Of a stretch of DNA of 57,124 nt, positions 48,019-57,024 are shown in pieces (the first letter of the stretch is position 1; each line of letters starts with the position of its first letter). Source of the DNA: an uncultured Planctomycetia bacterium (GTDB lineage Bacteria; Omnitrophota; Gorgyraeia; Gorgyraeales; Gorgyraeaceae); assembly GCA_964652265.1 (NCBI GenBank), contig CAZZAL010000005.1:1-57124 (forward strand). Reading direction: 5' to 3'. Below the pieces are notes generated by a model. The model made no database searches and had not been told where the DNA came from. It saw only the letters and a list, made by a program, of their open reading frames with translations. The position numbers were made by a program, and so were the translations under genes.

Positions 48019-49068
48019 CTACCTTCCAAATCTTTCCCTTATTATCTGTGCCCGTTTTACATCCCTTTGATTAGGGTCGAGTCTTTTCTTCTCTATCTTC
48101 TGAAGATGTGCTGGCTGCGTTATTACAAACAGTTCATTTATAAGCGCGCGGTCCATCTCTTTTATTAGATTCAGGTCGACCCCTAGTCTCACCAGCGATA
48201 AAAGATCTATGGTTTCGCTGCTCGTTACAATATGCGCGTTCTTCAATGTGCCATACGCCCGCCATATCCTGTCTTCTAAGACATGCCGGTTCTGAGAGAG
48301 AAGTGCTTCTCGAGCGCTATGCTCATGATCTATTATCTGCTTTATGATCCTGTTGATATTGTCAATGATGTCTTCTTCCCTGTGGCCCAGGGATACCTGG
48401 TTTGATATCTGGAAAAAATTGCCACTAGCCTCTGTGCCTTCACCATAAAGCCCCCTAGCAGTAAGACTGAGTTTTGTAATGGCCTGCAGGACCTTTGCTA
48501 TCTGTTTTGTCATTACTAGCGAAGGTAGATGCAACATCACGCTCGCCCTCATGCCTGTACCTGTGTTTGTAGGACATGCTGTCAGGTATCCAAAATCAAG
48601 AGAATACGCATAATTCAAGGCAGAACCGATCTCATTGTCTATACTATTTATTATGTGCCAGGCATCCCTGAGATCAAATCCTGATTTCATGACTTGTATG
48701 CGCAGGTGGTCTTCTTCATTTATCATTATACTCACAACCTCCCTATCGCTTATACACAGACCCTTGTTCTCTGCATCCATAGTATGTTCCTTGCTCATGA
48801 GGTGGCGTTCCACCAAAAACTGCCTGTCTATGGTGTCAAGCTTTCCTATATCCAGACATAAAGGGGTCTTTATTTTCTTCAGCGAGAGGACTGTCTTTTT
48901 TGCGCTTTCTAAGACCTCTTGCTGCTCTTTTTTGCTCGCCCAATGAGAAAAAGGATATTTTGCAAGGTTTCTGGCGAGACGAATACGCGAGGACATCACT
49001 ATATCAGAATTCGGTCCCGTGCATCTCAACCACTCACCCTGGGTATTTAGCAGATCGTTTAAATTCAT
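48019..49068 (-). CDS. mcsB: protein arginine kinase McsB
   Basis: 349 aa with the ATP:guanido phosphotransferase signature CPTNTGTGMRASV. Confidence 0.9.
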   Translation of the reverse strand: MNLNDLLNTQGEWLRCTGPNSDIVMSSRIRLARNLAKYPFSHWASKKEQQEVLESAKKTVLSLKKIKTPLCLDIGKLDTIDRQFLVERHLMSKEHTMDAENKGLCISDREVVSIMINEEDHLRIQVMKSGFDLRDAWHIINSIDNEIGSALNYAYSLDFGYLTACPTNTGTGMRASVMLHLPSLVMTKQIAKVLQAITKLSLTARGLYGEGTEASGNFFQISNQVSLGHREEDIIDNINRIIKQIIDHEHSAREALLSQNRHVLEDRIWRAYGTLKNAHIVTSSETIDLLSLVRLGVDLNLIKEMDRALINELFVITQPAHLQKIEKKRLDPNQRDVKRAQIIRERFGR

Positions 49069-49088
49069 AACTAAGCTCCTCTTTGAAT

Positions 49089-49607
49089 TTACTTGGATTT
49101 CTTTTTCTTCTCTAAGTCCCGTATCTTATCGCGCACCTTCGCTGCCTCTTCAAACTCTTCAAGCTGTATCGCCTTCTGTAATTTTTCTTTTAGCTCCTGC
49201 AATTCATTCTTTGCCTTTACAGACCGCGGCGTTCTGGTAGTCTTTTTTGTCGGAGACTTGCCATAATGCTGCGTGGAACCGTGAATCCTCTTTAAAAGCG
49301 GGAGAAGTGCTTCTTTGAATGCAGAATAACACTCGCCGCAACCCAGCCTTCCTACTTTCTTAAAGTCTTCGTAAGTAAGGCCACACCTTGGACACTTGAT
49401 CTTGGTTTCCTTTTTTGTCTTTGCGCTAAACTGACCCCCTATATCAGCAAGGCCAGCAAGTAGATCTGCCAGTCCAAAATGGCTTTCCATCTGGGCGCCT
49501 TTTTTCTGGGCACACGCCTCGCAAAGGTGCAGCTCTGTCATCTTGTCATCTATGATCTCTGTAAGATGCACTGTCGCTGGATTCTTTGCACATATATCAC
49601 AAACCAT
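49089..49607 (-). CDS. mcsA: McsA (zinc-finger, UvrB/UvrC-motif protein, McsB activator)
   Basis: 172 aa with four CxxC pairs (CDIC, CEAC, CPRC, CGEC) and the C-terminal UVR motif FEEAAKVRDKI. Confidence 0.85.
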   Translation of the reverse strand: MVCDICAKNPATVHLTEIIDDKMTELHLCEACAQKKGAQMESHFGLADLLAGLADIGGQFSAKTKKETKIKCPRCGLTYEDFKKVGRLGCGECYSAFKEALLPLLKRIHGSTQHYGKSPTKKTTRTPRSVKAKNELQELKEKLQKAIQLEEFEEAAKVRDKIRDLEKKKKSK

Positions 49608-49631
49608 ACACCCTCCATTTAGGAACGATTC

Positions 49632-50504
49632 TTAATATTTGACTCCGTCTTTTTTGGTAAGTTCCCTGAACTCCTTCATGAGTTTAAGAGTCATCCTACC
49701 TGGTTTTCCACTGCCAACAACCCTCTTCTCAATAGTCACAACAGGCATGATCTCTGCAGCTGTGCCTGTCAGAAAACACTCGTCTGCAGTAAAAAGATTA
49801 TGTCTTGTCAGCACTTCTTCTTTGACATCAAGGCCAAATTTCTTCCCAATATCCATCACCGCAGCACGCGTAATGCCTTTTAAGATACCAAGATGTGCTG
49901 GTGGCGTAATAAGGGCACCATCCTTTATGATAAAGATGTTATCGCCCGTGCACTCTGCCACAAAACCCGAGGCAGTAAACATGAGCGCCTCTTCATATCC
50001 TGAGTTGATCGCCTCGATCTTCGCCAAGATATTGTTAAGATAATTCATGGATTTTATCTGCGGGTTCAATGCCTCAGGGACATTTCTTGGGGTCGGAACT
50101 GTAATAAGGCTTAAACCCTCTTTGTATAATTTTTCCGGATAAAGCTGGATCTTATCCGTGATAATGACAATCGAGGCATTTTTGCATTTTCTGGGATCAA
50201 GACCCAAGTCTCCTACGCCTCTTGTTGCGAGAAGTCTTATGTAGGCATCATCAAGTTTATTGAGCTTTAATGTGTCAACAACTGCCTTTGTCATCTCTTT
50301 TTTGGAAAGGCCTATTTTTAGCATGATGCCATGGGCAGACTCATAGAGTCTGTCGATATGTTCGTTCAATCTAAAAACCAGACGGCCATAAGAACGGATC
50401 CCTTCGAATACACCATCCCCGTACAAAAACCCGTGGTCAAAAACAGAGACCTTGGCGTCCTTTTTGTCAAAATATCCACCATTGATATAGACCTTTAAAC
50501 TCAT
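49632..50504 (-). CDS. ilvE: branched-chain amino acid aminotransferase (class IV PLP fold)
   Basis: 290 aa, class IV aminotransferase (FDHGFLYGDGVFEG, GILKGITR). A D-amino-acid aminotransferase cannot be excluded by eye. Confidence 0.8.
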   Translation of the reverse strand: MSLKVYINGGYFDKKDAKVSVFDHGFLYGDGVFEGIRSYGRLVFRLNEHIDRLYESAHGIMLKIGLSKKEMTKAVVDTLKLNKLDDAYIRLLATRGVGDLGLDPRKCKNASIVIITDKIQLYPEKLYKEGLSLITVPTPRNVPEALNPQIKSMNYLNNILAKIEAINSGYEEALMFTASGFVAECTGDNIFIIKDGALITPPAHLGILKGITRAAVMDIGKKFGLDVKEEVLTRHNLFTADECFLTGTAAEIMPVVTIEKRVVGSGKPGRMTLKLMKEFRELTKKDGVKY

Positions 50505-51154
50505 TCTACCCTCCCGTCTTTCATTTCTAAAATCCTGTTTGCCCTTTTGGCAATTCTCCCGTCATGCGTGACAATAACTATTGTCGTATTATTTTTTTTA
50601 TTTAAATCAAATAAGATGTCAAGGATCTCTTTTCCCATCTTTGAATCCAGGTTCCCGGTCGGCTCATCACATAAAAGTAGCTCTGGGTCATTTACAAGTG
50701 AACGTGCAATCGCCACTCTCTGCTGCTCTCCACCGGAAAGTTCACCCGGCCTATGACTAAGTCTCTTGCTAAGCCCAAGTTCCTTTAGTATCTCCTTTGC
50801 CTTGCCTCGCGAATCATGCCCTCTGATTAACATCGGCATAAGGGTATTTTCCAGAGCAGTAAATTCAGACAGCAGATGATAAAACTGAAACACGAATCCT
50901 ATTTTTCTATTCCTTATCTGCGCCCTTTTATTATCGCGTAGTGCGTACAGATCCAGATCATCTAAAAAAACTCTACCTGCACTAGGTCTGTCTAACCCTC
51001 CCAGGATATGCAAAAGCGTGGATTTCCCAGCGCCTGAAGGGCCCTGTATCGCCAGTGCCTCTCCATTTCTAGTTTCCAGGTCAATGCCTTTTAATACCTG
51101 TAAATCCTTTTTGCCATCCTTATATATCTTATGAATCCCCTCAGCTCGAAGCAT
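50501..51154 (-). CDS. lolD: lipoprotein-releasing ABC transporter ATP-binding protein LolD-like
   Basis: 217 aa with Walker A GPSGAGKST, signature LSGGEQQRVAIARS, and Walker B LLLCDEPT. Paired with a LolC/E-type permease. Confidence 0.85.
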   Translation of the reverse strand: MLRAEGIHKIYKDGKKDLQVLKGIDLETRNGEALAIQGPSGAGKSTLLHILGGLDRPSAGRVFLDDLDLYALRDNKRAQIRNRKIGFVFQFYHLLSEFTALENTLMPMLIRGHDSRGKAKEILKELGLSKRLSHRPGELSGGEQQRVAIARSLVNDPELLLCDEPTGNLDSKMGKEILDILFDLNKKNNTTIVIVTHDGRIAKRANRILEMKDGRVE

Positions 51155-51155
51155 A

Positions 51156-52337
51156 CTATTCGTATCTCAACGCCTCCACTGGTTCCATCTTCGCTGCCTG
51201 CCACGCAGGATAAAGCGTTGAGACCAGACTTATGAAAATGGCTGCCACAATAACAGTCCCTGCATCCATGATATTTAGATTTACAGGAAGCCTGTCTATA
51301 TAATAGATATCCCGCGGCAATTTCACGAACTCATACGTCTTTAATAAATAACACAGGATAAACCCACCTATGGCTCCCAGAAGAGTCCCGAGAAACCCTA
51401 TAAAAAATCCGTTCAGCATAAAGATATTGCGTATCCTGGCATTGGTCACACCTATTGATTTCAAAATGCCTATGTCCTTTGTCTTCTCCATCACCATCAT
51501 AATAAGCGTGCTTATGATATTAAAACACGCGACCAGCACGATGAGCGCCAGGATTATAAACATGGTTATCTTTTCCAGTTTCAGCGCGGCAAACAAATTT
51601 TTATTTAAATCAGACCAGCTCCTGGCCCAGTAGCCAAATCCAATGGAAGTTTGAATATCATCTCTTATATCATCAGCCTTATACGCGTCATCCACCTTTA
51701 CGCCTATGCCGCCAGCTGCACCCTCGACTGCGTAGAATTCCTGAGCGCCCTGAAGGCTCGTGAACACAAGGTTCATGTCATAGTCAAACATGCCGGATGA
51801 AAAGATCCCGACTATCTTAAAAGGTCTTGGCTTGGGACTCGCCGCTGAGATCAAAGAGATCTCATCTCCCAGCGTAAGATTCAATCTCCATGCAAGCTCT
51901 TTACCGACAACCACGCTAGTTTTTTCCAGCTGGAATGTCCCTATCACCAGGTGGTTTTCTATATTTGTGACATACCTTTCCCTTTCAGGATCAATGCCCC
52001 TTAGGATCACACCTGTAACTTGGTCTTTCTGTCTGATAAGCGCCTGGCCATTTACAAAAGGAGAACTCGCTATGACATGTGGCATACTGTTCACCTTTTC
52101 TACAAGCTCGTTGTAATCTAGGATACCTCCGTCTTTTTCTATTACAATGTGCGAATTAGTACCCACTATCTTCTCGCGAAGATCATTGTCAAAACCACTC
52201 ATTACAGCAAGGACCACAATAAGTGCAGTCACTCCCAAGGCCACGCCCATTACAGAAATAAAACTTATAATAGAGATAAACCTCTCGCGCCGCTTTGAAA
52301 CCAAATACCTAAAACCGATCCATGCTTCGTATCTCAT
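51156..52337 (-). CDS. lipoprotein-releasing system permease (LolC/LolE family, FtsX-like)
   Basis: 393 aa with a MacB/LolCE architecture: TM1, a large periplasmic domain, and three C-terminal TM helices of the FtsX type. Confidence 0.85.
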   Translation of the reverse strand: MRYEAWIGFRYLVSKRRERFISIISFISVMGVALGVTALIVVLAVMSGFDNDLREKIVGTNSHIVIEKDGGILDYNELVEKVNSMPHVIASSPFVNGQALIRQKDQVTGVILRGIDPERERYVTNIENHLVIGTFQLEKTSVVVGKELAWRLNLTLGDEISLISAASPKPRPFKIVGIFSSGMFDYDMNLVFTSLQGAQEFYAVEGAAGGIGVKVDDAYKADDIRDDIQTSIGFGYWARSWSDLNKNLFAALKLEKITMFIILALIVLVACFNIISTLIMMVMEKTKDIGILKSIGVTNARIRNIFMLNGFFIGFLGTLLGAIGGFILCYLLKTYEFVKLPRDIYYIDRLPVNLNIMDAGTVIVAAIFISLVSTLYPAWQAAKMEPVEALRYE

Positions 52338-52342
52338 GCCAC

Positions 52343-53788
52343 CTACTTTACTTCAGGTTTTAACTGTGGAAACAATATTACATCCCGTATTGAAGGCTGA
52401 TTTGCCAAAAGCATCACAAGTCTGTCTATTCCTATGCCAAGTCCACCTGCTGGAGGCATACCGTATTCCAGGGCACGCAGGAAATCCTCATCTATATTTT
52501 TTACACCTTCCTGTCCTACAAGTTGATCTTTAAACCTCTTTTCCTGTTCGATCGGGTCATTCAGCTCTGAATACGCGTTTGCAATCTCCATACCTCCTAT
52601 AAAAAGCTCAAACCTGTCTGTTAAAAGTGGGTTATCCTTTTTTCTCTTTGCCAGTGGGCACAGCTCTGCGAATAGATCCACTACAAAAATAGGTTTGTCT
52701 TTTGTCTCTGGCGCAAGCATCTCTGAGGTGATATTCACGATCTGTGAACGCGTAATATCCTTGCCCTTAAAATCCATGCCCTTTTTCTTAAGCTTCTTGA
52801 TCCATTCTCCTGCAGGGTCATCCGGGTTTATATCAAATCTCTTTTTTATCTCTTCTGCAAAAGACCATCTTGGCCATGGTCCTAAAAGATCAATATCCTG
52901 ATCTTTAAATTTGATCTTCGAAGTACCAAGCACCTCTCCTGCAACATGGCTAAAGATCCCTTCTGTGAGTCTCATCATACCTTCGCAATCAGAATACGCC
53001 TCGTATATCTCTACCATTGTAAATTCAGGATTATGTCTTATAGAGATCCCTTCGTTCCTGAAATTCCTATTGAGCTCATAGACCTTGTCAAATCCTCCAA
53101 CCAGGAGTTTCTTAAGATGTAGCTCAGGAGCAAGACGTAAAAATAGATCTACATCCAAGGCCTTATGATGTGTCTTAAACGGCTCTCCTGCAGCGCCTCC
53201 TGCCAAAGAATGCATCATCGGAGTCTCTACTTCTAAAAATCCCTTTTCGTCTAGAAATTGCCTGATCTTTGAGATGATCGCTGCGCGAAGCTTAAAAACC
53301 TTACGCACATCCTCATTTACTATCAGATCCACATACCTCTGGCGATACCTGATCTCAACGTCTTTTAAGCCATGCCATTTCTCAGGCAAAGGCCTGAGTC
53401 CTTTTGCCAAAAGTGTTATCTCCTGGGCATTTATAGTGATCTCTCCTGTCCTTGTCTTGAATAATTCTCCTCTTGCCCCTAATATATCTCCTATATCTAA
53501 TCTTTTAAATATATTACTAAATATATCAGGGCCTATAGTATTAGCCTTTACATAGACCTGGATCTTTCCAGTAGCATCCTTGAGATCTAAAAAAGCACTC
53601 TTTCCATGCTCGCGAAGTGCAGTGATCCTGCCAGCTGTCTCGACCTTAGTGCCTTCTTTAGCATCCTTGACAAGGGCCTCTATGCTCTGAGATTTAGCAA
53701 ATCTCCTGCCATATGCCTCAACACCTATCTCCTTGAGGGCGTTTAACTTATCAATCCTCTGCTGTACAAACTCGTTCATATCCTCCAT
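52343..53788 (-). CDS. lysS: lysyl-tRNA synthetase (class II)
   Basis: OB-fold N-domain plus class II motifs (FRNEG, GGLGIGIDRL). The maximal ORF opens with GTG at 53797. The ATG at 53788 lies 9 nt downstream of GGAAGGGG. Confidence 0.9.
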   Translation of the reverse strand: MEDMNEFVQQRIDKLNALKEIGVEAYGRRFAKSQSIEALVKDAKEGTKVETAGRITALREHGKSAFLDLKDATGKIQVYVKANTIGPDIFSNIFKRLDIGDILGARGELFKTRTGEITINAQEITLLAKGLRPLPEKWHGLKDVEIRYRQRYVDLIVNEDVRKVFKLRAAIISKIRQFLDEKGFLEVETPMMHSLAGGAAGEPFKTHHKALDVDLFLRLAPELHLKKLLVGGFDKVYELNRNFRNEGISIRHNPEFTMVEIYEAYSDCEGMMRLTEGIFSHVAGEVLGTSKIKFKDQDIDLLGPWPRWSFAEEIKKRFDINPDDPAGEWIKKLKKKGMDFKGKDITRSQIVNITSEMLAPETKDKPIFVVDLFAELCPLAKRKKDNPLLTDRFELFIGGMEIANAYSELNDPIEQEKRFKDQLVGQEGVKNIDEDFLRALEYGMPPAGGLGIGIDRLVMLLANQPSIRDVILFPQLKPEVK

Positions 53789-53813
53789 TAGATACACCCC
53801 TTCCTTCGGGGCA

Positions 53814-53842
53814 ATTATATCCTATATGTATTATAGTGTCAA
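53814..53842 (-). promoter_or_regulatory. consensus sigma70 promoter of lysS
   Basis: Minus strand reads TTGACA (53842-53837), a 17-nt spacer, then TATAAT (53819-53814). Confidence 0.65.
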
Positions 53843-53857
53843 TAGAAATAGGGAGGG

Positions 53858-54364
53858 TTATATTGCTGTTTGAATTTTCTGGTAGGACACCAATATAGTC
53901 AGGTATTTCTGTATATCAGAAGGACCAACTTCGTATTCAGAAGGCAATAAGAACTGGACAAACCCTTGTCTTTCCAGTTTCAAGTTTAGTTTCACAAACA
54001 ATAGAGGGATTAGCTCATAGTTACATTTAATTGCCTTGGCTATTTTATGTATAGTGCCGGATTTAACTATCCTGACTCTTAACTCCTTATTGTAATCAAA
54101 GATCACGCCTCGCGCATAAATCTTATCAAGGTATCTTTCTAGGCGCCTGACTGCATTTTCAACAATTTCTCCGATTATCCCTTTATTATAGACTTTATCG
54201 AGTTCTTCTAAAAACAATTCTTCTAGGCGCTTCTTCAGTTCTTTATCCTGAAAACAAAGAGGCAGGCGAAGATCGCCCCTTGCGTAGAGAAGCTCTGTGC
54301 ACGAAAACACCCCTATTAGCATGAATATCAAAGTTATACTAGTTATCTTGCGTGGCATTTTCAT
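53858..54364 (-). CDS. hypothetical secreted alpha-helical protein (168 aa)
   Basis: ATG start. Its signal peptide MKMPRKITSITLIFMLIGVFSCTELLYA|R is almost superimposable on that of the upstream 853-aa protein. An 11-nt gap separates it from that gene. Confidence 0.6.
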   Translation of the reverse strand: MKMPRKITSITLIFMLIGVFSCTELLYARGDLRLPLCFQDKELKKRLEELFLEELDKVYNKGIIGEIVENAVRRLERYLDKIYARGVIFDYNKELRVRIVKSGTIHKIAKAIKCNYELIPLLFVKLNLKLERQGFVQFLLPSEYEVGPSDIQKYLTILVSYQKIQTAI

Positions 54365-54375
54365 GGTATTTTCAC

Positions 54376-56937
54376 TTAAACTCCTCTACGGATTGTTTCT
54401 TGTTCCTCAGGAGAAAATCGTCGCGTTATGCCTCTCTCTTCAAGAGCGCGGAGGGCTCGTTCGCAAGCTTTTTTGATTTTCTCATCTTCAGATCCTAAGA
54501 GACTCTGAATCGCATTATAAGAATCGCGGCCTCCGACCTCTCCCAAAATAAGGATTGTTTCGATTTGAGCTGAAACTGGTAAGTTCTTAAAAAACAAAGA
54601 CCTTAGCATCTCTTTTTCTTTTCCAGCGAAAAACTGCTTATTAACTCCTAAGAAATCTATAGAATCAAAAGTCATTGCTTCAAAGACAGTCTCCGAAAGA
54701 GGATGAGTTTTATAATACTCGCTTTTAAGTATTTCAAGAGCATCCATAACCACAGCTATATATCCATTAAGAGATTGTGGATCTTTTTTAAAATGTTTAT
54801 ACAGCTTTATCAAGATGCTCCGGACTTCTTGTTCATCGAGCTTACGAGGTCCACGTTTTAAACCGTAGTAGCCTGGGAAGTAAAAATTTGCCTCCATCTT
54901 TCCCAGGATAATACTGATCTCCTTAGGGCTCAAAAGGTCCTGGTCCTTTCCCGCCTTAAGACTAAATAAATACTTGGAGATCATACCCTTGGCTTTTTTA
55001 TAAGCTGCTGTATCTTTAAAAGCATGGTAGCTAAGGAAAAATTTGGTTTCAAAATCCTTTTTAAGTATGCGTCCCATAAATTCCTCTTTAGAAAGCCATG
55101 CCCCTGTGTTTGGATCAGTAGGCATTATACCGTTCTCTCCCATCTCTCCTAAATGTTTGTAGAAAGGACTCAACCACAAGAAGTCCTTGTCAAGGAAATA
55201 GATCTGTGCATTATCATCAATGATATCTCCTTTCGTAACATCTACTGTCTGGCCAATGTATGCATTCGCAAAACCAATCGCGTCGAAAGAATATTCAGAA
55301 GACATATCGTATCCATGCATAATAAATGCGGTCAGATCATGATTAAATAACGAAAGGCACAGCATAAAAAATGCGTCCTGACCAAGTGAACCCTCGATAG
55401 TAGTAGCATAGAAGCTTTTTTCATTTAATAATCCTAGTTTTATGTACATGAGCAGGTTTAAAAATATAATAGGGTGTCTGGCGGGAAGGATGTGCAGCTC
55501 AAGCTTGTCTCCAAGCCAACTCCGTTTTACTTCGTGAGCGACCGCAACATCCATAAAAAAATCAGAAAGGTATTTTTTCTTCCAAAGTAACTCTCCTTCT
55601 TGCTGAATAATCGTGCATCCCATATTAGGAAGATCTTCCTGATAGGCTCCAAGGATGCGTAAACTCGGGATGATCTCTCTCTTTAACTCCTCCATTAAAA
55701 ACCCAGGGTCAATATCAATAGATTGCTTAAACCGTGAATATATCCACATCTTAAGAAACTGATGAGACCCCAATGGAAGACTGCGTTGGAAAGAAAGATC
55801 AGAGGCTATTAAACGATAGATACATTCCGTCCTTGCTCTTATTAATCTGTCATGTGGTGGATTTTCAAAATATGTAAAAAGCTGTGCGCTTTTAATATAT
55901 TCAAAAAAAGGCTTACCTCCTTGGATAAAAAAAGCTAGGACGTTCGAATATCTAAGAGAATATGGTGCGTTTTCGAAATACTCAAAGACAAGTTTATAAT
56001 ACTCTTCATCTGCCTCGAGAAAGTACGATATGGCTCCTAAGATACCCGAACGCACATTATTATGAAACTCTTTTAGCCTCGTTAAGAAAAATGGAAGCTC
56101 TATCGTCATTCCGGGTTCCCCCTTAAAAGTAAAAAGTCCGAAAATCTTGAGTTTACGGCTCACATAACGATCAGTAAGTTTCAATATTTTTAAGGCAAAC
56201 CTAAGGTTAGCTTCTGTGAAACAATTCTTATTTGCTTCAAAAAAGTATGATATGACTAACAATGTACTTGCGCGCATATGCTGATAAAATTTTCTGTTGA
56301 TGTCGTAAGGAGGCCACGACGGGTCTTTCTGTAATCGTGGTTCTTCTTCGAGATTTTTCAACACATTTAAGACCTTTTTAAGATTACCCTCTGTTGCAAA
56401 GGCCTTATTTGCTTGGATAAAATAAGGTATAACTCCTAAAGCACTCGAGCGCACATTGTTATCGCGATGTTTCAACATCTTTAGGACAAATTTAAAATTA
56501 TCTTCTGTGAAACAATCCTTATTTATGTTGAAAAAATATGGTATGGCTTTCACTGCGTTCTGACGTATGTTAGCGCCTCGATGCTTCAGCGGCTTTAAGA
56601 CAAGCTTAAGATTGGTCTTTGTTGCAGAGGCTTCGTTTTCCTGGATAAAGCGCGGTATATCTCTTAATGCCATTTCTATATTTCGTAAGAGGTGATGGTG
56701 CTTATCATAATTCAGCGAAGTGGAAAAATCTTTAAGTACGATAAAAGGATCTGTCGCTGTGCCATTATCATCGCTATTAGAGAAGAGCTTTTCTGCTTCT
56801 TCCTTTCTTGCATCATCTTTTACTATAGGTACTCTTATGTAGGATATATCAGATGCATAAGCAATGTTCTGGCATAAAAACATCCCTATTAGCGTAAATA
56901 TTAATGCTATATTAGTTATCTTATATAGATTTCTCAT
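54376..56937 (-). CDS. hypothetical large secreted protein with HEAT/ARM-like repeats (853 aa)
   Basis: Signal peptide MRNLYKITNIALIFTLIGMFLCQNIAYA|S. At least four ~38-aa repeats NL+xVLKxLKHRxxNVRxxAxxxIxYFxxANKxxFTE (aa ~81-312). An unrecognised ~450-aa central region. C-terminal HEAT-like LGEVGGRDSYNAIQSLLGSEDEKIKKACERALRALE. Confidence 0.65.
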   Translation of the reverse strand: MRNLYKITNIALIFTLIGMFLCQNIAYASDISYIRVPIVKDDARKEEAEKLFSNSDDNGTATDPFIVLKDFSTSLNYDKHHHLLRNIEMALRDIPRFIQENEASATKTNLKLVLKPLKHRGANIRQNAVKAIPYFFNINKDCFTEDNFKFVLKMLKHRDNNVRSSALGVIPYFIQANKAFATEGNLKKVLNVLKNLEEEPRLQKDPSWPPYDINRKFYQHMRASTLLVISYFFEANKNCFTEANLRFALKILKLTDRYVSRKLKIFGLFTFKGEPGMTIELPFFLTRLKEFHNNVRSGILGAISYFLEADEEYYKLVFEYFENAPYSLRYSNVLAFFIQGGKPFFEYIKSAQLFTYFENPPHDRLIRARTECIYRLIASDLSFQRSLPLGSHQFLKMWIYSRFKQSIDIDPGFLMEELKREIIPSLRILGAYQEDLPNMGCTIIQQEGELLWKKKYLSDFFMDVAVAHEVKRSWLGDKLELHILPARHPIIFLNLLMYIKLGLLNEKSFYATTIEGSLGQDAFFMLCLSLFNHDLTAFIMHGYDMSSEYSFDAIGFANAYIGQTVDVTKGDIIDDNAQIYFLDKDFLWLSPFYKHLGEMGENGIMPTDPNTGAWLSKEEFMGRILKKDFETKFFLSYHAFKDTAAYKKAKGMISKYLFSLKAGKDQDLLSPKEISIILGKMEANFYFPGYYGLKRGPRKLDEQEVRSILIKLYKHFKKDPQSLNGYIAVVMDALEILKSEYYKTHPLSETVFEAMTFDSIDFLGVNKQFFAGKEKEMLRSLFFKNLPVSAQIETILILGEVGGRDSYNAIQSLLGSEDEKIKKACERALRALEERGITRRFSPEEQETIRRGV

Positions 56938-56980
56938 ATATTAAGCTCTTTAAAAAGTATTGGGTTACGATGGACAGAAA

Positions 56981-57003
56981 AAGGCCATCTTTCCCATGGC
57001 CTT
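56981..57003 (-). terminator. terminator-like hairpin in the leader of the 853-aa/168-aa operon
   Basis: On the minus strand AAGGCCAT-GGGAAAG-ATGGCCTT is followed by TTTCTG (a run of five T counting the stem end). It lies downstream of the 57025-57053 promoter and 43 nt upstream of the ATG. An outer CGATG/CATCG pairing (57014-57018 and 56968-56972) encloses it. Confidence 0.45.
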
Positions 57004-57024
57004 ACCTATTTTAACATCGAATAT

